From Candidatus Eiseniibacteriota bacterium (GTDB lineage: Bacteria > Eisenbacteria > RBG-16-71-46 > JABDJR01), in contig CAWANH010000028.1 in the NCBI GenBank assembly GCA_963783375.1, positions 384,001 through 448,000 on the forward strand: 64,000 bases of DNA. The letters are read 5' to 3'. How positions within the stretch are numbered: position 1 is the stretch's first letter; each line of letters begins with the position of its first letter. The position numbers and the translations under genes are program-made. Below the pieces are notes generated by a model, which saw only the letters and a program-made list of their open reading frames with translations, was not told the DNA's origin and did not search any database. Positions 45,062 to 53,248 of this stretch are shown here, piece by piece.

Positions 45062-46036
45062 TCAGTTCCCGCCCGCGGGGGGATCCACCAGAACCTCGTC
45101 CATGATCCGGCCCTCCGCCGGAATCCGCCCCAGCCCCAGGATGTAAGCCACGGTGACCGCGACATCCTCCTGGCAGTGCGGCCGGTCGCTGACCGTCCCC
45201 GCCCGGATGTCCGGCCCGATGGCCACGAAGGGGAGAGCCCGGCACCCCGGGCAATCGTCCCCATGGTTCGAGAACCCGCCGTGGGCATCGTCGTGCCGGC
45301 CATGATCGGCGGTCACGAAGAGATCGGTGTCTCCGGCCAGGATCGAATCGGATTGAATCGCGATCCATAGCGCGCCGACCAGGGAATCCGCCCCGGCCAG
45401 GGCGCGGAGGTACCGGGCCCAATCTCCGGAGTGGCCGGCCATGTCCACCGACGCGAAGTTGATGCAGGTGAAGACCGGGCGGGGCGTCCGGGTGAGGGCG
45501 CGGATCGCCGCCGCGTAGGTGAGCGTGTCGGCGCGCAGCGTATCGTCCGAGGCCGCCTGGTAGGCCTCCCCGAACCCGGGATCGGTGCTGAAGCAGAGGC
45601 TTCGGAGCTTGTCCTTCCCCCCCACCATCCAGACCGCTCCGCCTTGTAGGCCACGGGCCTTCCGCAGCCGCTCGAAGAGGGTGGGGCGGGTCGGATGCTC
45701 GGAGCCGTTGTTGGCGATGGGTTGGGGGTCGCCGGTCAAAAGCGCGCCGTGGCCGCACATGGTTACGGTTCGATCGCAATTCCGGAACGCGGTGGCGCGG
45801 GCCCCCCGGGGGGCGAGCACCGTGGCCAGGACGCGGGCGTTCGGGGTCCCCGGCTCGTCCAGGAACTCGGTGTGGCGGGGGCCGTCGATCACCACCAGGA
45901 CCACGTGGCCCGCGGCGAGGCCTCGCTGGGGCGATCCGAAGAGCCCGAGCAGGAGAATCAGCGCGGCGAGCCGCGCGCGGCCCCGGCCCCCGCGGAACCA
46001 GGGAGGTTGAAATTGGGTCATCCAGCCCTCCGACAT
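45062..46036 (-). CDS. Alkaline phosphatase/sulfatase superfamily protein
   Basis: VVLVVIDG, DMAGH, VTADHG; signal peptide; start uncertain. Confidence 0.75.
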   Translation of the reverse strand: MSEGWMTQFQPPWFRGGRGRARLAALILLLGLFGSPQRGLAAGHVVLVVIDGPRHTEFLDEPGTPNARVLATVLAPRGARATAFRNCDRTVTMCGHGALLTGDPQPIANNGSEHPTRPTLFERLRKARGLQGGAVWMVGGKDKLRSLCFSTDPGFGEAYQAASDDTLRADTLTYAAAIRALTRTPRPVFTCINFASVDMAGHSGDWARYLRALAGADSLVGALWIAIQSDSILAGDTDLFVTADHGRHDDAHGGFSNHGDDCPGCRALPFVAIGPDIRAGTVSDRPHCQEDVAVTVAYILGLGRIPAEGRIMDEVLVDPPAGGN

Positions 46037-46237
46037 TGCAAAAGCCGAAACTCAACCCTATAGTCGCCGGGATCACACGCCGATCCCAGGGTCGAGGACC
46101 CAGCCTGCGGGGGGGCAGGCGCGAAACGGGTCGGCGTCCCCTCCAAGAGCGACTTCAACATCCCAGACGGCCTCAACATACCCGGGCTCGAGCAGGAAAG
46201 CGAGAAGGTGGCGAGTACAACCCGCAGATCGACGTTC

Positions 46238-47212
46238 ATGACCCGAGGTGCAGGACGCTTCCGCATCTTCACGGGATTGTGCCTGGCCGCAGCCGCCTTC
46301 ACCCTCCTGCTTCCGGTTCCCCTCCGCGCCGACTTCGCGGTCTTCCGCGCCCCCTCTCACATCTTGAGCCTCTTCGCGCTACCGGGAGAGACGGTTCCCT
46401 TCGACCTGGCCACCTACGCGGGGGCCGCCCCCCAGCTCCTCCCCCGCTACCGGATCGAGGCTTCGCCAGGGATCCGCGTCGAGCTGGGGTCCGACATGAA
46501 GTTCCTCCTCACCTCCCCCGACGAGGCGGGAATCTATCCGGTGACGTTCCAGGAAGTGACCGAACCCGGTGTGCCCCAACCGCTTCCCTACCGGGTGCAG
46601 CTCGTGGTCATGCGCCCGGCGGCCGAGGCGACGAACGGGTTGCTCGACGGGTACCCGGTGGGCCGGTACCCCGCCGACGATTCCCACGAGCCCTGGGCGT
46701 TCCAGCGGCCCCGGGGATTCATCGAGGTGACCCCCGAGAACGAGAACACGCTCTTGAGCGACCACATCACCCTGGCCGACCTCCAGTGCCACCTGGCGGC
46801 GCCCTTCCCCCACTTCTTGGCCACCCAGACCTCGCTCCTGGTGAAGCTCGAAGGGATCGCCGACGAGCTGCTTCAGCGCGGGCTTCCCGGGGACCACATC
46901 AAGGTCATGAGCGGGTTCCGGACCCCCGAGTACAATCGGGAGATCGGGAACCGGACCACCTACAGCCGGCACATCGCCGGGGACGCCGCCGACATCTTCA
47001 TCGACAAGGATGGGGACGGGAGGATGGACGACCTCAACCACGACGGCCGCGTGAACAGCCGCGACGCCCGCTTGTTGCTGGCCCTCGTGGAGAGGATGGA
47101 CGAATCCGAGGCCTATGGTCCCCTGGTGGGTGGGGCTTCCGCCTACCGGGCCAACCGCGAGCACGGCCCCTTCGTCCACGTGGACACCCGGGGGTACCCC
47201 GCCCGCTGGTGA
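46238..47212 (+). CDS. Peptidase M15 (D-Ala-D-Ala carboxypeptidase-like) with EF-hand/dockerin-like insertion
   Basis: SGFRTPEYN, SRHIAGDAADI, FVHVDTRG; DKDGDGRMDDLNHDGRVNSRDA. Confidence 0.85.
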   Translation: MTRGAGRFRIFTGLCLAAAAFTLLLPVPLRADFAVFRAPSHILSLFALPGETVPFDLATYAGAAPQLLPRYRIEASPGIRVELGSDMKFLLTSPDEAGIYPVTFQEVTEPGVPQPLPYRVQLVVMRPAAEATNGLLDGYPVGRYPADDSHEPWAFQRPRGFIEVTPENENTLLSDHITLADLQCHLAAPFPHFLATQTSLLVKLEGIADELLQRGLPGDHIKVMSGFRTPEYNREIGNRTTYSRHIAGDAADIFIDKDGDGRMDDLNHDGRVNSRDARLLLALVERMDESEAYGPLVGGASAYRANREHGPFVHVDTRGYPARW

Positions 47213-47394
47213 CCGCTCCGGCCGGGACCGGCCGGCCGACTCTCTGCGCTCCTAACCCACTCTGATCCAACGAGTTGATTCATCCCCGACGACGATCCGT
47301 CGTCCGGTACAACCCCCCGTTCCCCTCAAGGCCGAACGCGTTCCGTCCGATAAGCAAGATGAGGTCGGATTCTCTTGCCTTGGGACGCAGACCC

Positions 47395-48825
47395 GTGAAA
47401 CCCAAAGTCAAATTCATCGTCGGACTGGTCATCGCCGCGGCAATCCTGGTCGCGACGATCCCGGCATTGGCCATGCGTTCCCTGGACCCATGGCAGATCG
47501 TGCTTTGGATGACGGTCTGCATGTTGAGCGAGCTCTTCTGGGTGAAGACTCCGAGCGGGGACTCCGTTCAGAGCCTCTCGCCGACCGCCCAGCTCGCGGC
47601 GGTGATCATCCTCGACCCGCGACTTGCCCTGATCGTCATCCTTGCCAGCACGACGCTCGGGAATCTCCTGTTCAGACGCCCCAAGTGGTATCGCGCCCTC
47701 TACAACGGGTCCCAGTTGATGCTCGCCAGCGCGGGGGCGGCCCTCGTCTACCACTTGATCAGCGGCACCCACGCGCTCGATGCATTCCAACTCTCGGGTC
47801 AGGCACGGGCGTTGGCCGTGGCCGATACGCTGGCGGATCGGCGGTTCGTGCTCGGCTTTCTCGCGGGAGGCATCGCCTACACCGTCGTCAACAGCACGCT
47901 CATGGCCTGGCTCATGAACGCGATGACCGGCCGGAAGATGCTCGTCCTGTGGAAAGAGAACTGTCTCTACCCCGAGGAAATCCAGAGCACCCTGGCCCTC
48001 ATTCTCCTGACCCCGCTCCTGGTGCTTCTCTACGGCACCCTGGGGATCTCGGGTCTTGTGGTTCTCTTCGCCTGTCTGGCCCTGGTGCACCAGGCCAATC
48101 GGCGCTACCGCGCGGTGGTCCGGGCCCAGGACAATCTCATTCGCTCCGAACGGATGGCGGCCATGGGCGAGATGGCCGAGGAGATCGGGCGGAGCCTGGG
48201 CAACTATCTGAACGAGCTCAAGGTGAGCGCCCATCGCCTGTTCCAGAAGGCCCGTCATGCCGAGACCGAGCGCATACTCAAGAGCGCGGAGATCATCCAC
48301 GTCAACGTGGACAACATGTCGGCGCTGGTGGACGGCCTCGCCGCGTTCTCTCACCGGGAGACCAACCGGGTTCCCACCGACCTCAACGAGCTGATGCGCC
48401 GGACCATCGACTTCGTTCGCCCCCAGAACCGGTTCGATGCCATCCGGTTCAAGTTCACCCCGGATCCGATCCTTCCCACCGTGAACGTCGACCCCGCACA
48501 GCTGCAACAGGTGTTCATCAATCTCCTCAGCAACGCGGCCGATGCCCTGGCCGAAGTGGACCGGCGGGTCAAGAAGATCTTCGTGGAGACGATCTACGAT
48601 CCCAACTCCCAGCGGATCCTGATCACCCTGTGCGACAACGGGCCGGGGATCCCCGACGCCAATCTCGAGCGCATCTTCGAGCCGCACTTCACCACCAAGG
48701 TGACCGGCCACGGGTTCGGTCTTTCCACCGTCTTCCGTATCACCGCCAATCACAAGGGGCGCATCCAGGCCGAGAACGTCCCGGGAGGCGGCGCGCGCTT
48801 CGTCCTCGATCTTCCGAACGCCTGA
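47395..48825 (+). CDS. Multi-TM sensor histidine-kinase-like protein lacking the H-box histidine
   Basis: About 7-8 TM segments; H-box reads MGEMAEEIGRSLGNYL; N (INLLSNA), G1 (DNGPGI), F (FEPHFTTK) and G2 (GHGFGL) boxes are intact. Confidence 0.85.
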   Translation: MKPKVKFIVGLVIAAAILVATIPALAMRSLDPWQIVLWMTVCMLSELFWVKTPSGDSVQSLSPTAQLAAVIILDPRLALIVILASTTLGNLLFRRPKWYRALYNGSQLMLASAGAALVYHLISGTHALDAFQLSGQARALAVADTLADRRFVLGFLAGGIAYTVVNSTLMAWLMNAMTGRKMLVLWKENCLYPEEIQSTLALILLTPLLVLLYGTLGISGLVVLFACLALVHQANRRYRAVVRAQDNLIRSERMAAMGEMAEEIGRSLGNYLNELKVSAHRLFQKARHAETERILKSAEIIHVNVDNMSALVDGLAAFSHRETNRVPTDLNELMRRTIDFVRPQNRFDAIRFKFTPDPILPTVNVDPAQLQQVFINLLSNAADALAEVDRRVKKIFVETIYDPNSQRILITLCDNGPGIPDANLERIFEPHFTTKVTGHGFGLSTVFRITANHKGRIQAENVPGGGARFVLDLPNA

Positions 48826-48854
48826 TCCCTCCACCGGTCCAGCTGTCGCCATTC

Positions 48855-48896
48855 ATTGACTGGTATCGTCGTCAATAGATGACATAGAGCTATCTA
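48855..48896. promoter_or_regulatory. Candidate upstream activator (enhancer) sites
   Basis: ATTGAC-N10-GTCAAT (48855-48876) and TAGAT-N11-ATCTA (48876-48896) in an AT-rich patch about 200 bp before the sigma54 promoter start site. Confidence 0.5.
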
Positions 48897-49050
48897 CTTG
48901 TTTCCCAGTTAATTAGGTCGGATCATCCAGGTCTGGTCAAAGATCGTTTACGCCTCGAGGCCTGAGCCCCCCTTCCCCCCAGCCCCGTAGCCAATCTGTA
49001 ACTTGTTGCGGATTCAAGCGTTGAGTCAATTCCCCCGGCCCCATTGCATT

Positions 49051-49066
49051 CGGCACGATGGTTGCG
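49051..49066 (+). promoter_or_regulatory. Sigma54 (-24/-12) promoter
   Basis: CGGCACGATGGTTGCG matches YGGCACG-N4-TTGC with exact GG-N10-GC spacing. Confidence 0.75.
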
Positions 49067-49133
49067 TATTAGGTGGGCGTGGTTGGCGCGAGTCTCTGAA
49101 AACCAACGAAGAACAAGGAAGGGGGAACGCAAC

Positions 49134-49226
49134 ATGTTCAGCATCATCAATCACGCCATGTCGCTCACCGGTGCGTGGGAGTGGCTCGGTGCCTGGGAAT
49201 GGCTTGGCGCCTGGGAGTGGATCTAG
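49134..49226 (+). CDS. 30-aa Trp-rich peptide MFSIINHAMSLT-(GAWEWL)(GAWEWL)(GAWEWI)
   Basis: RBS AAGGAAGGGGG; three 18-nt repeats differing mainly at synonymous sites; stem-loop directly after TAG. Confidence 0.8.
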   Translation: MFSIINHAMSLTGAWEWLGAWEWLGAWEWI

Positions 49227-49233
49227 CCAAGCG

Positions 49234-49256
49234 GGCGGGGGCTCCTAGCCCCCGCC
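49234..49256 (+). terminator. 10-bp stem-loop right after the peptide stop (no U-tract; stabiliser or weak terminator)
   Basis: GGCGGGGGCT-CCT-AGCCCCCGCC. Confidence 0.55.
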
Positions 49257-49383
49257 AGGTTATCTGATCGCTTCGGCCGCTGGAGGGGGAGCTTCCGAGC
49301 CCAACGGAAGCATTGACCGGCGACCGGACCAGTTTGGAGCCTGGGTGGTGCAAGCTTCCGGGAACGCACTGCCCGCGGCTCGT

Positions 49384-49421
49384 CTACGGGGCCAATCCCC
49401 TGTGGCCCCGTAGTTTTTTTT
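49384..49421 (+). terminator. Strong intrinsic terminator
   Basis: CTACGGGGCCA-8 nt-TGGCCCCGTAG followed by T8. Confidence 0.85.
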
Positions 49422-49598
49422 GTATCCCACCTCTTCCCACCCTGCTCCGGGCCGCCTGGAAGTTCAACCCCAGGGCGCCGCACTGGGGGCCAATTCCCAC
49501 GATCCCGCCTCCCGGCCCCTGGCCGCGCAAGCCACCCTGGATCCGGTCGATATAGAGGGTGATATCCGAGAACCCGAATCCCGACCCGAAGGACATTC

Positions 49599-51212
49599 AT
49601 GCCGACGCCGCCGACCCTGGTGGATGAGACCTCCCTCGTAGCCGTCGATCTCACCGCGCCCGCCCCTCTGGCCGCCGCGGCGAACCTGCTCCTGCGCTCG
49701 GCGATGGCCTCGACCCGGATTCGGGAGGTGGAGATACTGGCCGCGGAGGAGATCCCCCGCGAGCGGGCCCGGCGCCTGGCCGAGGTCTTTCGCAAGCTCA
49801 CCGCCGACGAGTCGGTCGAGATGCTGATGGCGGCGGGAAAACTGGCCCTGCGCCAGGAGCCGGCGGGTCTCAGAACCCTGCTGGGATTCCTGGAGGTGAA
49901 GCGGCCCGGGGTGGAAGTGCTCCGCCAGCTTCGCCTCCTCTCCAGCCTCGAGCGCGTCTCGCTCAGGATCGTGGCCGGCAGCTGGACCGAGCCGGACTCC
50001 TCCGGGCAGGTGGAATCGGTCTACCCGATTCTGGAGGCCATCCAGGAGGGAGCGCGCATCGGCGCCCTGGACCTGGGACTGGAACAGCTCCCGCGTTCGG
50101 TTCCGGCCGTGCGCTCGCTCTACGACCACGTCCGTCGCTGGTTCCGGTCCATGGAGACGGAGCTGGAGTCGGGACGGAGGCTCGCCCCCGACAGCCTCAA
50201 CTTCATCGCCCAGCTGGCCATGGTCGAGATCTCCCTCATGGAGAAGCGGGTATCGGGCCTGGCCGGCTCCATCGACCCCTACGACGTTCGCGGGATGGGG
50301 CGCTTGATGCCGATCCTGAGTCGCTACGACCAGGACATCGAGCACATGAAGAGCGTGGTCTCCCGGCTCACCACCTACCAGCCCTTCTTCGACCGCCTCC
50401 TGACCCTGGAACACGCGCTCTCGGGAAGCGAAATGGACAAGATCCAGAAGCTCCTTCTACGCGATCCGGTCGGCTCCCCCGTCGGGTTGATCCTCAAGGG
50501 GATGCGTGAGAACCCGATCCTGGACCGCGAGTTCACGTTCATGGTTTCCCTGGTCCATCAGATCGCGACGCTCCGGAGCCAGGTGATCGAGAACACGCCC
50601 CGCCTCGACCTGCTGTCCGTCCTGCTCCACGTGGTGCGCCACGGACGGGGGGGAACCGGCGTCCGGTTGATCATGGAGGAGGAGGTGACCGACCGGATCT
50701 GGCCCACGGTCCAGAACTGGGGGGTGCTACGCCGGTCCCCAAGCTCGCTCGAGGTGCGCTACCGCGAGGATCGGGCCCTGGACTTCATCCAGGCCGACGG
50801 GACCCCGAACCTCCCCGAGCGCCCCGAGGAACGGAAGGCGCCGGATCTCACCCTGAAGGAGCTGGTGCGGCTGCAGCTCGGGAACGAGCCCTTCATTCTG
50901 GGGGTCCTGGACAACCCCAAGGCCACCTCGGTCCCCGGCCTGGTCCCCATGATCGTGAACTCCACGCGGAGCCTTCGCATCCTGGACCGCATCATGAGAG
51001 ATCGCACGCTCTATACCGGATCCGCCAACAAGGAGGTGCCGAGACTCCTCCTGACCAGCCCGGCCCGCATTCCCCTCAACAGCCTGAAGCGGTTCATCCA
51101 CGTGCGATTCGTGACCAAGATGGATCTGTCCAGGCTCTCCCGGCATGGGGGAGATATCCGGTCCGAGGTGAGGCGGGAGATCGACAAGTACCTGGCCAGC
51201 CTGCGGAAATAG
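49599..51212 (+). CDS. Hypothetical helical protein (537 aa)
   Basis: Long ORF with typical codon usage and RBS AAGGA; Leu/Arg-rich helical pattern; no recognisable catalytic motif. Confidence 0.7.
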   Translation: MPTPPTLVDETSLVAVDLTAPAPLAAAANLLLRSAMASTRIREVEILAAEEIPRERARRLAEVFRKLTADESVEMLMAAGKLALRQEPAGLRTLLGFLEVKRPGVEVLRQLRLLSSLERVSLRIVAGSWTEPDSSGQVESVYPILEAIQEGARIGALDLGLEQLPRSVPAVRSLYDHVRRWFRSMETELESGRRLAPDSLNFIAQLAMVEISLMEKRVSGLAGSIDPYDVRGMGRLMPILSRYDQDIEHMKSVVSRLTTYQPFFDRLLTLEHALSGSEMDKIQKLLLRDPVGSPVGLILKGMRENPILDREFTFMVSLVHQIATLRSQVIENTPRLDLLSVLLHVVRHGRGGTGVRLIMEEEVTDRIWPTVQNWGVLRRSPSSLEVRYREDRALDFIQADGTPNLPERPEERKAPDLTLKELVRLQLGNEPFILGVLDNPKATSVPGLVPMIVNSTRSLRILDRIMRDRTLYTGSANKEVPRLLLTSPARIPLNSLKRFIHVRFVTKMDLSRLSRHGGDIRSEVRREIDKYLASLRK

Positions 51213-51227
51213 ACCCGGGGACCGGTC

Positions 51228-51428
51228 CTAGAGATCGAACCCCTTCGCCTCCTCCTCCTCTTCCTCCCCCATGTACTCGTCGTCGTACATGGCAACCCCG
51301 TATTCTCCGCAATCCGGACACTCGAAGTCTTCGGGGGACTCCACTTCCTCCAGACAAACCTCGCAGACCTCACGCCCGCAGGTCTGGCAGGTACCCACGC
51401 TGACCTCATCGTGGTCGGGGCACTGCAT
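51228..51428 (-). CDS. Small acidic B-box-like zinc-finger protein (66 aa)
   Basis: CxxH...CxxC...CxxC...CxxC plus poly-Glu tail; RBS AGGAGG. Confidence 0.75.
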   Translation of the reverse strand: MQCPDHDEVSVGTCQTCGREVCEVCLEEVESPEDFECPDCGEYGVAMYDDEYMGEEEEEEAKGFDL

Positions 51429-51640
51429 GGTCGTGTCCTCCTCCTGGGTGGTCGGTCCCGGGAACGGGTCGAGGCGCCCTACCACCGCCGCCCCCGAAGA
51501 TCCTGGTCGAAACGGGCGCATTATCCGAATCAGGGCCGCCGGTGGCAAGGGGGTTAGCGAAAGGGCCGGAATTCCAGGGGAATCCCGACCCTCGGGTCGG
51601 CTCGGGGCGGGGACGGAAAACCCGCCCCCATCGCGGCGCT

Positions 51641-52999
51641 CTACCAGTTCAGCACGCCGCTCTTGGCCCCCTGGGTGAAGACCGCGACCTGCTTCTTGGC
51701 AAACCAGAACCAGACGTTGACCTGTTCGTCGCTCTTCTCCACCTGGTAGGTGTACACCTTGTCCGGGCGACCCATCTGGTCGTAGACGGCCTTCTCATCG
51801 GGCTTGGCGCTGGTGATCGCATCGTCCGCCGAGATCTCCTGACCCTGGAGGGACTTGGAGGTCATCAACGCGAGTACCGCGTCCTGCTCGTTTCCCGCCT
51901 TCTGGACCAGGACCTGGGCCATGAACTGCCAGGCCGCCGCATCCGTCGGCTCCAGGGACAGATAGTTCTTGATGCCGGCCAGGGCTTGGTCCCACTCCCG
52001 GGCGTACAGGAGCGACTGCATGCGGTCGAACATGGCGTTCACGTGGAAGTCGCGGTTCTCACCGTCGGCGGGCACCAGATCCGCCGCCTGTTTGAACTGA
52101 TCCGCCGCCTTCAGGAAACGAGCCTTGGCCGCAGAGGATACGGCCTCTCCGGTGTCGGCGCGGGCGACGGCCGAACCGGCCTCCAGATTGGCCAATCCGA
52201 GCTCGAAGTAGACGTTGGGATCCTCCCCGCCGGACTCGGTCTTGCCATGGACCTGGTTGAGGTAAGCGATCGCGCTGTCCGCTTTCGCCACCCCCGCCGC
52301 GGGGTCGACACTCGAGATCTCGCCGATCAGGCTCCGGGCCGCATCCTTGAAGATGCTCTCCTGAAGCGCGTTGAGTTCCTTGTTCTCGGGATCGACCTTG
52401 AGCCCCTCCTGAACCAGGGAGGCCGCATCGGACTTCCGGTCCGACTTGATCAGGACGACCGCGCCCTGAGTGTAGGCCTTGATATCCGAGGGGTCGATGT
52501 CCCGGGCGATGGCCAGCTGCTTGGCCGCCGCATCGTACTTCTCCTCCTTGGCCAGCTTCAGTCCCTGGTTGTAATGGTCCACCCAGTAGTGCTTCCGATT
52601 CTCCCGGACGAATTTCTGGTTCTTCTTGCTGTCGTCCCGGACCAATGAGCTGTCGAACTCGGCCCCGGACTTCTTGTACATGTCGAGGGCCTGGGCCATC
52701 ATGTCCGCCTCCTCCTCCGGGGTTGAGGCCATGGTCCGGGACTGATCCATGAGTTCGGAGGCCCGTTGGGACAGGGCCATCGCGTAGCGGGCGCGATATT
52801 CCCCCTTCTCCGGGCAAGCTTCCACGGAAAGCGCGAAGTGATCGACCGCCTTGTCGAAGACCCCTTGCGAGAAATAGAGCTTTCCGCTCCGGAACTCATT
52901 GGAGCAGTTGATCTTCTGTGCCACGGCGGGGTGAGAAAGGGAAGCCGAAGCCACCAGCGCTGCGACCGCGATCCCGTAGTTTCTGAACCGAGAGTTCAA
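51641..52999 (-). CDS. Secreted tetratricopeptide-repeat protein
   Basis: TTG start after AGGAGGAAGG; signal peptide; TPR-like helices (YNQG...A...DP). Confidence 0.75.
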   Translation of the reverse strand: MNSRFRNYGIAVAALVASASLSHPAVAQKINCSNEFRSGKLYFSQGVFDKAVDHFALSVEACPEKGEYRARYAMALSQRASELMDQSRTMASTPEEEADMMAQALDMYKKSGAEFDSSLVRDDSKKNQKFVRENRKHYWVDHYNQGLKLAKEEKYDAAAKQLAIARDIDPSDIKAYTQGAVVLIKSDRKSDAASLVQEGLKVDPENKELNALQESIFKDAARSLIGEISSVDPAAGVAKADSAIAYLNQVHGKTESGGEDPNVYFELGLANLEAGSAVARADTGEAVSSAAKARFLKAADQFKQAADLVPADGENRDFHVNAMFDRMQSLLYAREWDQALAGIKNYLSLEPTDAAAWQFMAQVLVQKAGNEQDAVLALMTSKSLQGQEISADDAITSAKPDEKAVYDQMGRPDKVYTYQVEKSDEQVNVWFWFAKKQVAVFTQGAKSGVLNW

Positions 53000-53248
53000 T
53001 GTCCTTCCTCCTGTGTCCGTTGCCCCAGAGGGCCGTGTGATCCGCCGCCTTGCAAACGGGGTGGAGTGTATCCCACCCCTGTCGGCACACACAACGACCC
53101 TACCCCCGGCTCGCTTCCCATACCGGCGCGGTCGCCGTTTCCTTCCCGCGGAGCGAAATCAGGGAAGCTCCTCACGGGACCGGTCATCTTTTAACTCGTT
53201 TGGGTCCAATTGATTAAAGCCGCATCGACCGGTCCGGCGCGACACGCC

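Noticed and set aside
49170-49223. 18-nt direct repeats as a CRISPR array or simple DNA tandem repeat
   Set aside because: No spacers and no cas genes; variation falls at codon third positions, so a coding repeat fits better
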